Assembly: GCA_016283155.1 (NCBI GenBank)
Contig: JAEEMI010000019.1
Coordinates: 64,093-128,092, forward strand
Source: Clostridia bacterium
GTDB taxonomy: Bacteria; Bacillota; Clostridia; Christensenellales; UBA1242
Length of the DNA: 64,000 nucleotides
Direction: 5' to 3'
Part shown: piece after piece, positions 34,514 through 43,704 of the stretch
Position numbering within the stretch: position 1 is the stretch's first letter
How the letters are laid out: each line of letters begins with the position of its first letter
The notes under the pieces: generated by a model
What the model saw: only the letters and a program-made list of their open reading frames with translations
The model's database searches: none
Told to the model about the DNA's origin: nothing
Translations under genes and position numbers: made by a program

Positions 34514-36377
34514 AACTGCGTTCGCGATAACCACCAAAATAACCTAATTCCATTAGAAATTGACTTGGTACAGTACGACTAATTTCGCCATTCAGAAAAC
34601 GCGAACGTGCATAAGAAATATTTAAATTACGCATTGCGCGAGTAATTGCAACATACAACAAACGACGTTCTTCTTCTAAGATTGCCTCGTTATACTGTGA
34701 TTTATAAGATGGGAACAAGCCATCTTCCATCCCTACAATATAGACATTTTTGAATTCCAAACCTTTAGCACTGTGAATCGTTGAAATAATCACACAATCA
34801 GTAGCATCAGGATTTTCACCACCAGCCAATGTAACGCTCTGCAAATAACTACTTAAATCCGCAGTTGGATTCATTGATGCATATTCACGAATTGAACCAC
34901 ACAACTGGTAAATATTTTCTAAACGGCTTTCGCTATCATCTTTATCGTTTTCATAAAATTCTTGCAAACCAGTTACATCAACGATTTCATTAGCTAAAGC
35001 AATTAGCCCTTGTTTTAACAATTCTTGTAATTTTTGAATTAATTTTGCAAAACTTTGAATTGCGGTTTTGGTTTTAGTTGTCAGTCCTAAATCATCATAT
35101 AAATCAATATTAGATACAACTTGAAAAGAGGTTAAATTATGTTCGCGTGCAAAAGTTTTAATTTTAGAAAGACACGCATCGCCAATACCACGTTTAGGAA
35201 AATTAATTACATTAAACAAGGCAACTTCATCTTCTTGATTAACTAATAAACGAAGATAATCCAACACGATTTTTACTTCGGCCCGTTCATAAAATTTAAA
35301 ACCACCCCAAACGACATAGGGAATATTATACATTCTTAGTGCTTCTTCAAAGCGGCGGGACAAAGCATTGATACGCATTAAAATCGCACAATCCGACCAA
35401 GTACCACCGTTGCGTCGATTTTCCAAAATATGACTAATGATACCTAATGCTTCCTGTTTATCATCATAAAAATCTTCATAATTAATCAACCCATCATTAA
35501 GATGACTATACAAATTTTTCGCAATACGATTGTTATTTTTTGATACTAAGCCACTGGCAAGTTTTACAATATTTCCTGAACTACGAAAGTTTTCTTCTAA
35601 TCGATAAATTTTAACATCTGGGAAATCGGTCTGAAATCGATTAATATTTTCCACACTTGCCCCACGCCAAGAATAAATACATTGGTCTTCATCGCCAACC
35701 ACCATAATGTTACGATGCTTTTGTGCCAAAAGCGATACAATTTGGTATTGAATTTCATTTGTATCTTGGAATTCATCGACTAAAATATATTGAAAATAAT
35801 TTTGCAATTTATCACAAATTACAGCATTATTTTTTAATAGATGCAAAGTTTCTAACAATAAATCATCAAAATCATAAGCATTATTTTTCTGCAATTGTTC
35901 ACGATACTCATTAAAAATTCTAACCAATGCATCGTGATTACTGGTAAATTCGACAATGCCGGTGTGCTTCCAACGTGATAAACCATCAGTAGCAGCTTTA
36001 TATAAATCGTTATCTACATCCTTAAACAACTCTTTAATGATATCTTTTAATACTTTGTTTGTATCAGCCGTAGCATAAATTGAAAAATTAGGTTTGCCAC
36101 TGTGTTTACGTAATAAACGTACACAAAAACTATGAAATGTTCCAATAAAAGTATTAAAAGGACGACCCAACATTTTTTCAACACGTTCCCGCATTTCATT
36201 ACCTGCTTTATTGGTAAACGTCAAAGCAACAATTGCCTGTTCGGGAATTCCACTTTGTAATAAATGTAAAAGACGTGTGGTTAAAACTCGCGTTTTACCC
36301 GACCCCGCACCGGCCGTAACTAATATTGGTCCAAAAGGAGCATTTACAATTTCCGACTGCGCGACGGTTAATCCCAT
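34503..36377 (-). CDS. pcrA: ATP-dependent DNA helicase PcrA/UvrD (short form)
   Basis: AGAGSGKTRV, LVDEFQDTN, VGDEDQCIYSWRGA, STIHSAKGLEF and YVAITRA. The ATG at 36377 avoids overlap with the upstream ORF. The protein ends soon after motif VI. Confidence 0.9.
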   Translation of the reverse strand: MGLTVAQSEIVNAPFGPILVTAGAGSGKTRVLTTRLLHLLQSGIPEQAIVALTFTNKAGNEMRERVEKMLGRPFNTFIGTFHSFCVRLLRKHSGKPNFSIYATADTNKVLKDIIKELFKDVDNDLYKAATDGLSRWKHTGIVEFTSNHDALVRIFNEYREQLQKNNAYDFDDLLLETLHLLKNNAVICDKLQNYFQYILVDEFQDTNEIQYQIVSLLAQKHRNIMVVGDEDQCIYSWRGASVENINRFQTDFPDVKIYRLEENFRSSGNIVKLASGLVSKNNNRIAKNLYSHLNDGLINYEDFYDDKQEALGIISHILENRRNGGTWSDCAILMRINALSRRFEEALRMYNIPYVVWGGFKFYERAEVKIVLDYLRLLVNQEDEVALFNVINFPKRGIGDACLSKIKTFAREHNLTSFQVVSNIDLYDDLGLTTKTKTAIQSFAKLIQKLQELLKQGLIALANEIVDVTGLQEFYENDKDDSESRLENIYQLCGSIREYASMNPTADLSSYLQSVTLAGGENPDATDCVIISTIHSAKGLEFKNVYIVGMEDGLFPSYKSQYNEAILEEERRLLYVAITRAMRNLNISYARSRFLNGEISRTVPSQFLMELGYFGGYRERSFNW

Positions 36378-36390
36378 ACGCTCATTATAC

Positions 36391-36801
36391 TTACATTGAC
36401 ATCGTTTGACAATTAAACTGTCGTTCTTTTTCGTAACGTTCACGATATTCTTGCAATTTACTGCTTAAACCGAAAATATATCTTTGACGTGCTCCATCAT
36501 TCATATTCTGCATTAAATTTCGATCCATTAAAACTGCTAAAGCATTTTCACTGTCACCAGATTCAAAAACTGCTTTAACACGTGCATACTGTGCTTCTTC
36601 TACTGGATTGATTACCGCGGCTAATTGTTGTTTTGTATGGTCAACAAGATATTTTTTTGCAGCAATTGTATCTGCACCTTGATTTTTTAATAGCATCAAA
36701 GTATTTTTTCGACGTAATTTTTCTTCTTGCCAAAATCCTGATGATAATCTTTTGAAAGCTAATTTAGCCATTGTGCGTAAAGCAGAACTTTCTGTGCTCA
36801 T
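36391..36801 (-). CDS. hypothetical helical protein (136 aa)
   Basis: GGGGGAATG SD region. No recognised motif. Confidence 0.5.
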   Translation of the reverse strand: MSTESSALRTMAKLAFKRLSSGFWQEEKLRRKNTLMLLKNQGADTIAAKKYLVDHTKQQLAAVINPVEEAQYARVKAVFESGDSENALAVLMDRNLMQNMNDGARQRYIFGLSSKLQEYRERYEKERQFNCQTMSM

Positions 36802-36918
36802 TTACATTCCCCCAAATAATTAATTTTTTTGTATTTCGGTTGTTGTTTTCATCATAAAAAAACTGTAAATATTTGTCTAATTAAATCGTTCAACAAATTT
36901 CGACAAAATAAGAACAAC

Positions 36919-36948
36919 AAAAAGCGACACGGTGATTTCCAGTGTCGC
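36919..36948 (-). terminator. rho-independent terminator downstream of alaS and the small ORF
   Basis: On the minus strand: GCGACAC, 11-nt loop, GTGTCGC, followed by TTTTTG. Confidence 0.7.
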
Positions 36949-36975
36949 AATTTGTTTTCGTGTGGCTTTTAGCGG

Positions 36976-37047
36976 TTATTCAGCCCTGGACGAACTTGTT
37001 TTTTTACTACAACAACCTTTCGTCTTTTTTTGTGCTGCTTTTGCCAT
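36976..37047 (-). CDS. unannotated 23-codon ORF (MAKAAQKKTKGCCSKKTSSSRAE)
   Basis: Perfect AAGGAGGTG SD 4 nt from the ATG (6 nt from its GGAGG core). A TAA stop, then the terminator about 28 nt downstream. Below the length cutoff of the ORF track. Confidence 0.5.
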   Translation of the reverse strand: MAKAAQKKTKGCCSKKTSSSRAE

Positions 37048-37121
37048 TGTCCACCTCCTTCATCCGATGTTTTTCTTTCGGACTATTACTATCTTGTGTA
37101 GAACGACAAATTTTATACAAA

Positions 37122-38888
37122 TTATTTTTTAATTACAGCTTTAATACGGCGAATACCAGCGCTACTGCTTTCTTCTTTAACAATTTTAAAGTTAACTAGT
37201 TCAGCTGTGTTCTTTGCGTGTGGACCACCACAAATTTCTTTTGATACATCACCAATTGTGTAAACCTTGACCATTTCACCATATTTATTAGCGAACGAAC
37301 CTTCGGCGCCTATGGCTTGTGCTTCTTTCAAAGACATTTCTTCCATTGTAACAGGAATCTTACGTTGAATAGCATCGTTAACAAATTTTTCTAAGAATGC
37401 AATTTCTTCTGGGGTCAATTTATGGTCACAATTAAAATCAAAGCGCAAACGCTCGGGTGTAATGTTACTACCTTTTTGGGTAGTATCTTTACCTAACAAT
37501 TTTTTCAAACCAGCCAATAATAAGTGGGTTGCCGTATGCAAATGTGCTGTTTCATCGCTGGTATCTGCTAAACCACCTTTAAACATACCTGCCGAAGCGG
37601 TATGACTTAATTCACTGTGTTTATTTTTAGCAGTTTCAAATTCCTCCATATTAATGGTTAAACCGTTTTCAGAAGCTAATTCTTGTGTTAATTCGATTGG
37701 AAAACCATATGTTTCATACAAGCGGAAAGCTGTCTTACCCGAAAGTTGTTTATCTTTCAAGAAAGGTAAAATTTTATTAAATTCACGTATACCCTGTTCT
37801 AAGGTTTTTGAAAATTTATCTACTTCGTCTAAATAATTCTTGGTTACATTTTCGTCAATTTGATAAATACCTTTAAAGAAATCACGATAAAACTGAATCA
37901 GTTTACCATAGACATCACGCGAACATCCTAATTGATTGGCCATACGTACTGCACGACGAATCAAACGACGTAAAACATAACCTTGTCCATTTGGGGAAGG
38001 CAAAACTCCATCACTTAAAATCATAGTTGCAGTTCGAGTATGTTCAACCAAAACACGGAAAGGTTTTAAATTTTCTGCATATGCCAAGCCACAATCGTCC
38101 ACAACAATTTTAATGGCTGGTGCGAAGGCTTCACTTTCATAAACATTTTTATAACCATTAATAAAACACAATAAACGTTCTAATCCCATACCTGTATCAA
38201 CATTACGTTGTTGAGCTGTCACTGCTTTACCACCTTTTTCGTGGATAACGTATTGCATATAAACATCATTACCAATTTCAATATATTTGCCACAACTGCA
38301 ACTTGGATTACATTCTGGCGAACAAGGTGCTTTACCCGTATCGTAGAACATTTCGCTGTCTGGGCCACACGGACCAGTACCAGTTGCTAATTGCCACCAG
38401 TTTTCACTCTTCGGTAAGAACCAAATGCGATTTGCGGGAATACCAACTTCCTGCCAATATTGCGCAACTTCGGTATCGCGTGGTGCCACTTCATCACCTT
38501 CAAAAGCAGTTACAGCAATGCGATCTTTTTCCAAACCTAAATATTTTGGATTAGTTAAAAAATCATACGACCAAGCCACTTTTTCTTTTTTGAAATAATC
38601 ACCTAGCGACCAATTTCCCATCATTTCAAAAAATGTTAAATGACTCTCATCACCGACTTCATCAATATCGCCAGTACGTACGCATTTTTGGATATCACAA
38701 ATACGTTTACCAGATGGATGTGTTTCTCCCAGTAAGAATGGAACTAAGGGTTGCATTCCAGCCGTTGTAAATAAAACACTGCCATCATTTTCAGGCACCA
38801 AAGATGCTGACGGAATCACACAGTGTTGGTGTGCTTGATAAAAATCAAACCACATCTGACGTAAATCGTGATAACTAATTTTCCTCAT
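37122..38888 (-). CDS. alaS: alanyl-tRNA synthetase, short form lacking the C-Ala domain
   Basis: FTTAGMQPLVPF and GMGLERL (class II motifs). Editing-site HTATHLLL and CGGPHAKNT. The protein ends at GIRRIKAVIKK (588 aa). Confidence 0.9.
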   Translation of the reverse strand: MRKISYHDLRQMWFDFYQAHQHCVIPSASLVPENDGSVLFTTAGMQPLVPFLLGETHPSGKRICDIQKCVRTGDIDEVGDESHLTFFEMMGNWSLGDYFKKEKVAWSYDFLTNPKYLGLEKDRIAVTAFEGDEVAPRDTEVAQYWQEVGIPANRIWFLPKSENWWQLATGTGPCGPDSEMFYDTGKAPCSPECNPSCSCGKYIEIGNDVYMQYVIHEKGGKAVTAQQRNVDTGMGLERLLCFINGYKNVYESEAFAPAIKIVVDDCGLAYAENLKPFRVLVEHTRTATMILSDGVLPSPNGQGYVLRRLIRRAVRMANQLGCSRDVYGKLIQFYRDFFKGIYQIDENVTKNYLDEVDKFSKTLEQGIREFNKILPFLKDKQLSGKTAFRLYETYGFPIELTQELASENGLTINMEEFETAKNKHSELSHTASAGMFKGGLADTSDETAHLHTATHLLLAGLKKLLGKDTTQKGSNITPERLRFDFNCDHKLTPEEIAFLEKFVNDAIQRKIPVTMEEMSLKEAQAIGAEGSFANKYGEMVKVYTIGDVSKEICGGPHAKNTAELVNFKIVKEESSSAGIRRIKAVIKK

Positions 38889-38902
38889 AATTGGACATTA
38901 TA

Positions 38903-40099
38903 TCACAAATCGCCAATTGTGTCTTCATATTTTAATTCTTTTTCTTCCATAAATCCATCCAATCCTGCTTGTTTCAACATATCCATAAAGATACTTGAAT
39001 TTGTGCTTGAAATATTTTCGGTATTATTTGCTTGAGCTTCAAGTTCTTCATTACTAGGAATCTGCAAATTTAATTTACGAGCAATTTCTTCTACTAACGA
39101 TTTTGGTGCTACATCTGTTTCTTCTGCCACTGATTCTTGTATTTCTTCTGACTTTTCTTTGTGAGTATCTTCAGATTCAAACTTATTTTCTGTTACGGGT
39201 TCAACTTCTGTTTTAGATTCAGATTCATTCATAATTTCAGGTTGAGACTCTGTTTGTTTTGGTTTCGGATTTAATGATGTAGTATTAGAACGTTCAGGGA
39301 TTGAACGACGCGGTAACACTGGAGGAATAACGCCATCTATCATTGTTGTATGTTCTTGATTTACAACTTCCTGGTTATCAGTTTTAAGTTCTGTTATAGA
39401 TGTTTGTGTGTTTTCAGTTTTATTTGTTAAAGAATTACTTGATTCATTCTTCACTTTGCCATAAGTTGATTGACTAAACTCAAAATTATAAGGTGAATAT
39501 AATTTAAAAGTTTGTGAAACAAATTTATTCTTACAGTCAAAAATATTATTATTAATAATAGCGGTATTAATACCCAATGCAATAATTTTTTCAAATAAAT
39601 CAGCCAAATCGCAAGGATAACACCACAAGAAAATAGTATCGATTTTATTTTTATTATTTAAAGCACATTCATATGCATCAATTAACAAACGAGAATCTAA
39701 ACAGTTTACATTAGGTTGTTTAAATTTCATTTTGCCAACCGTGATAACATTATATTCATTTGCAATATCACGAATACCAGGTAAGGTAGTATCACTAAAA
39801 CCATATAATTTACAAATTTCTATTTTGTACTTTCCATTAGCATAAAATAAAATTTCTAATAAATTTTCACGACTAATGCCAGCGTTATCAACATCAATAA
39901 ACATTGCTATACGCGGCTTAGAGGCGACAATTTTGCTGACTGGTTTAGCATTGGTTGATTTTGATGTTGTTTTTTTTGTGGAGATTGTCTTTTTTGCTAC
40001 AGCCAAAACTTTCGGTGAAGCCGATTTTGTTTTTGCAGATTGCGAACTTGATGAAGTTCGTTTATATCCTTCGTAAACTTTTTTTTCAGTATCCCCCAC
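38903..40099 (-). CDS. NYN (LabA/DUF88, PIN-like) domain protein with basic N-terminal and long acidic disordered C-terminal regions
   Basis: IAMFIDVDNAG...LDSRLLIDAY...IFLWCYPCDLADL pattern of NYN domains, flanked by low-complexity tails. Confidence 0.6.
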   Translation of the reverse strand: MGDTEKKVYEGYKRTSSSSQSAKTKSASPKVLAVAKKTISTKKTTSKSTNAKPVSKIVASKPRIAMFIDVDNAGISRENLLEILFYANGKYKIEICKLYGFSDTTLPGIRDIANEYNVITVGKMKFKQPNVNCLDSRLLIDAYECALNNKNKIDTIFLWCYPCDLADLFEKIIALGINTAIINNNIFDCKNKFVSQTFKLYSPYNFEFSQSTYGKVKNESSNSLTNKTENTQTSITELKTDNQEVVNQEHTTMIDGVIPPVLPRRSIPERSNTTSLNPKPKQTESQPEIMNESESKTEVEPVTENKFESEDTHKEKSEEIQESVAEETDVAPKSLVEEIARKLNLQIPSNEELEAQANNTENISSTNSSIFMDMLKQAGLDGFMEEKELKYEDTIGDL

Positions 40100-40134
40100 T
40101 CTATTACTATAAATTAATTTTCAAAAATTGACAA

Positions 40135-41073
40135 TTATTTTATACCAAGTACTGCGGCAGCGGCAATCATTGCTGCATTGTCACCACATAATGTTGGAGT
40201 TGGTAAATATAATTTTACACCTAATTCTTCGCAAAGAATTTTAAATTGTTCACGCAGATATTGATTAGCCGATACGCCACCACAGACGCCTAAAGTTTTG
40301 ATTTGAGTTTGTTCTAAAAATTCCCTAACCTTTATTAATAATTGATTAATCGCACAATATTGAAAATTTGCGCAAATCTCTGGTAAATTAATTAGATTAT
40401 TTTTTTGTTTTTCGTGATTAATATAGTTTAAAACCGCAGTTTTTAATCCAGAATATGAAAATGTATTCTTCGGGAATTTATTTAAAATTGGTATAAATGA
40501 TAAATTCATATTAGCATTTTGAGAAATTTTTGGACCACCCGGATAAGCTAAACCCAAAACACGAGCAACTTTATCAAAAGCCTCACCAATCGCATCATCT
40601 GCAGTTGTACACAACATTTGAGTTTCCCATTGTTCATTAACTTTAAATAATATTGTATGACCACCTGAGACCAACAAACATAACATCGGTGGTCGTAAAT
40701 CTGGATTTGATAGACGTAAACTAGCCATATGACCATTTAAATGATTTACTGGAATGAATGGAACATTCAATGCGTTAGCTAAACTTTTACCAAAAACACG
40801 TCCCACCATTACTGCACCAGGCAAACCTGGTTGAGTTGTAGCGGCAACTTGATCAATCTGTGATAATGTTAAATTGGCTTTGTGTAGAGCCTCATCTAAA
40901 ACTGGTAAAATATTTTCAATATGATTTCTGGCTGCAATTTCAGGAACAACACCACCATATACTTGATGAATTTCGATTTGCGAAATAATAACATTTGATA
41001 AAATTTTAAATTGGTCATCAATAACTGCAACACTTGTTTCGTCACAGGAAGTTTCAACACCCAAAGTTAGCAT
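40135..41073 (-). CDS. tsaD: tRNA N6-adenosine threonylcarbamoyltransferase TsaD
   Basis: LGVETSCDETSVAV, VNHLNGH, LLVSGGHT and GGVSAN motifs. Confidence 0.92.
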   Translation of the reverse strand: MLTLGVETSCDETSVAVIDDQFKILSNVIISQIEIHQVYGGVVPEIAARNHIENILPVLDEALHKANLTLSQIDQVAATTQPGLPGAVMVGRVFGKSLANALNVPFIPVNHLNGHMASLRLSNPDLRPPMLCLLVSGGHTILFKVNEQWETQMLCTTADDAIGEAFDKVARVLGLAYPGGPKISQNANMNLSFIPILNKFPKNTFSYSGLKTAVLNYINHEKQKNNLINLPEICANFQYCAINQLLIKVREFLEQTQIKTLGVCGGVSANQYLREQFKILCEELGVKLYLPTPTLCGDNAAMIAAAAVLGIK

Positions 41074-42125
41074 TATTGATTTTCCTCTGCGTTTTGTAAT
41101 AAGAATGCATCAGAGAACATTTTTAAATCACCATCCATAACTTTTTCAACATTAGATGTTTCCGCACCTGTACGATGATCTTTAACCATTGTATATGGGC
41201 AGAAAACATAACTGCGAATTTGACTGCCCCATTCGATTTTCATTTGAACTGGTTGTAAATTTTTTAATTTGCGTCGTTCATTTTCAAAATGAATGTATTC
41301 CAATTTTGATAATAGATTTTGCATACAAGTTTGACGGTTTTGAATTTGGCTACGTCCATTTTGACAAGTACAAACAATTCCCGTCGGAATGTGTGTAATG
41401 CGTACCGCACTTTCAGTCTTATTAATATGTTGACCGCCCGCACCAGATGCGCGGTAAACATCAATTCTTAAATCTTTTTCGTCAACTTTATATTCAGTCT
41501 TTTCAATTTGTGGGATAACCTCAACCGCTACAAAGCTGGTATGACGACGCTTATTTGCATCAAATGGACTAATACGAACCAATCGGTGCACACCTGCTTC
41601 ACTCTTAAAAATACCATAAGCATTAACACCGTTAACGGCAATTGATGCTCCTTTAACACCTGCACCATCACCTTCTTCAACATCGGTAATTTCATATTCA
41701 AAATTTTGTTGTTCGGCAAAACGACACATCATACGCATTACCATTTCTGCCCAGTCTTGTGCTTCAGTACCACCAGCACCAGCCGTAATGTTTAACACGC
41801 AATTACATCCATCATATTTACCAACCAGTAAAGTTTTAACATAGAAATCGTCAAACTGTTTTTTTACACGAGCATATTCATCAACCAATTCAGTTTCAGA
41901 ACACACAACTGTTAATTCTAAAAAATCATCAATATCGTTACTAACGGTATCAAATTCATTGACAAACTCTTGTAGTGATTTAATTCGTTTATTCTGTTCA
42001 ATATTATTCCAATCTTGTTCTTGTTTTTTTAGCAAATCATCTAGTTCCTGTTTCTTGGCAGTAACTAAATCATTAATTGCATTAAGTTTTAATTTTGCTT
42101 TTTGAATTATACTGTAATCTAACAT
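41073..42125 (-). CDS. prfB: peptide chain release factor 2, uninterrupted ORF
   Basis: SPF tripeptide (RISPFD) and GGQ (SGAGGQHINKTESAVR). There is no in-frame TGA or frameshift site near codon 25. Confidence 0.92.
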   Translation of the reverse strand: MLDYSIIQKAKLKLNAINDLVTAKKQELDDLLKKQEQDWNNIEQNKRIKSLQEFVNEFDTVSNDIDDFLELTVVCSETELVDEYARVKKQFDDFYVKTLLVGKYDGCNCVLNITAGAGGTEAQDWAEMVMRMMCRFAEQQNFEYEITDVEEGDGAGVKGASIAVNGVNAYGIFKSEAGVHRLVRISPFDANKRRHTSFVAVEVIPQIEKTEYKVDEKDLRIDVYRASGAGGQHINKTESAVRITHIPTGIVCTCQNGRSQIQNRQTCMQNLLSKLEYIHFENERRKLKNLQPVQMKIEWGSQIRSYVFCPYTMVKDHRTGAETSNVEKVMDGDLKMFSDAFLLQNAEENQ

Positions 42126-42131
42126 CGCCTA

Positions 42132-42518
42132 TCACTTCTTTATATTTAATTTTGCTATTTTTTTATGATAATCTTCAACCGCGTCAGCAATCACCGCCTG
42201 TGCCAAATCTGCTATATATAATTTATTTTCTGGTAATCCCTTTAACATTTTTATAATGTCATTGCTATTAATCGTTAACGCATCTGTCAGAGAGCAATCT
42301 CTTAACAAATCACAAACAACATCACTGGCAGCTAAAGTATAAACACCGCCCAAGGATTTAAATTTTGCTTCAACAATATTATTATTAGCAATTCTTAAAT
42401 AAATTTTAATTAAATCTCCTGAACCAATACTGCCAACTTGTCCAACAGCATCAGCATTGGTAATAATGCCAGCATTTTGTAAATTTTGAAAACGTTCAAT
42501 AATTACTGGACTATACAT
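42132..42518 (-). CDS. IscU/NifU-like protein lacking all three cluster-ligating cysteines
   Basis: Collinear with IscU (YSPVIIERFQNLQNAG, AKFKSLGG, ADAVEDYHKK), but GSGD replaces CGD, LGGV replaces GCG, and LYIADLAQ replaces HCSxLAE. Confidence 0.75.
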   Translation of the reverse strand: MYSPVIIERFQNLQNAGIITNADAVGQVGSIGSGDLIKIYLRIANNNIVEAKFKSLGGVYTLAASDVVCDLLRDCSLTDALTINSNDIIKMLKGLPENKLYIADLAQAVIADAVEDYHKKIAKLNIKK

Positions 42519-43698
42519 TTTCTGACACCTCCGTCTTTATATTAATCGGACTTAACGCACGTAACTTCTTTACAACATTAACCAAACACGCTACCGTATA
42601 ATCCAAATCTTCTTTTGTAGTTGCACGTCCTAAAGTAAAACGTACCGCCCCGTTAATATAATCATCATTAACTCCAATTGCTTGTAATACATAGCTACGG
42701 CTTAACATTTCACTGGTACTAGCTGTTCCTGTTGAAGCACAAATTCCCATAGTATCAAGCATTGCTGTAATGCTCTCACCTGAGATTCCTTGGAATGAAA
42801 AATTAACATTATTATTTAAACGTTGTGTACGGTGCCCATTTAATTTTACACCAGGAATTTTGGCTTCAATTTCCTTAATCAAATAATCGCGTAACTGTTT
42901 CATACGTGTATTATTAGTGTTACCATCACGCATACAAATTTCAACGGCTTTTCCTAAACCTACAATTGCTGGTAAATTATAAGTACCTGCACGCATTCCA
43001 TTTTCTTGATAACCACCGTGAATAAATGTTTCAATTGGTGTTCCACGTTTTAAATATAAAACACCAACACCTTTTGGACCATATATTTTATGTCCAGATA
43101 ATGATAAAGCCGTAATCTGCATTTCTTTAACATTAATGTGGACACTTTCTAAAGCCTGGGTTGCATCCGTGTGAAAATACACATTATTTTTGCTGCAAAT
43201 ATTAGCAATTGTATTAATGTATTGTACTGTACCAACTTCATGATTAGCCGTCATTACGGACACTAGACAAGTCGGTTTGGATAATTTAGCCAATAAATCA
43301 GGAATTGAAATAATTCCATTTTCATCGACTTTAATATAATCGACTTCAACACCATTTTCAGTTAACCATCGTGCTGTTTCAGTTATACTTGGATGTTCAA
43401 TCGCACTAACTAAAACACGTTTAATTGGAGATGCCGCGACTATACCTTTTAAAACCCAATTATTAGCTTCTGTTGCACCTGAAGTAAAATAAATTTCGTC
43501 AGGATCAGCATTAATAATTTTAGCCACACTTGCACGAGCGTTTTCGATAGCCTCACGTGCTGTATAACCAATCTGATGTAATGAATTTGGGTTACCATAA
43601 TTGGTAATAAAGTACGGTTGCATCGCATAAAAGACTTCGCCATTACAATATGTTGTAGCCGCATTATCCAAATAAACTTCCCTATCTATTGCCATCAC
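42511..43698 (-). CDS. NifS/IscS-like class V PLP enzyme with Ser at the persulfide Cys position
   Basis: YLDNAATT, ANHEVG and SLSGHKIYGPKGVG (PLP Lys204). The active-site loop reads GICASTGTASTSEMLSRSYVL where SSGSACTSGSLEPSHVL is expected. Ser327 is the AGT codon at 42718-42720. Confidence 0.8.
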   Translation of the reverse strand: MMAIDREVYLDNAATTYCNGEVFYAMQPYFITNYGNPNSLHQIGYTAREAIENARASVAKIINADPDEIYFTSGATEANNWVLKGIVAASPIKRVLVSAIEHPSITETARWLTENGVEVDYIKVDENGIISIPDLLAKLSKPTCLVSVMTANHEVGTVQYINTIANICSKNNVYFHTDATQALESVHINVKEMQITALSLSGHKIYGPKGVGVLYLKRGTPIETFIHGGYQENGMRAGTYNLPAIVGLGKAVEICMRDGNTNNTRMKQLRDYLIKEIEAKIPGVKLNGHRTQRLNNNVNFSFQGISGESITAMLDTMGICASTGTASTSEMLSRSYVLQAIGVNDDYINGAVRFTLGRATTKEDLDYTVACLVNVVKKLRALSPINIKTEVSENV

Positions 43699-43704
43699 TA
43701 TAGT

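Noticed and set aside
36932-37199. Two plus-strand ORFs (66 and 85 aa) in the alaS downstream region.
   Set aside because: One overlaps the alaS 3' end and neither has an SD. The region is better explained by the minus-strand SD, 23-codon ORF and terminator.
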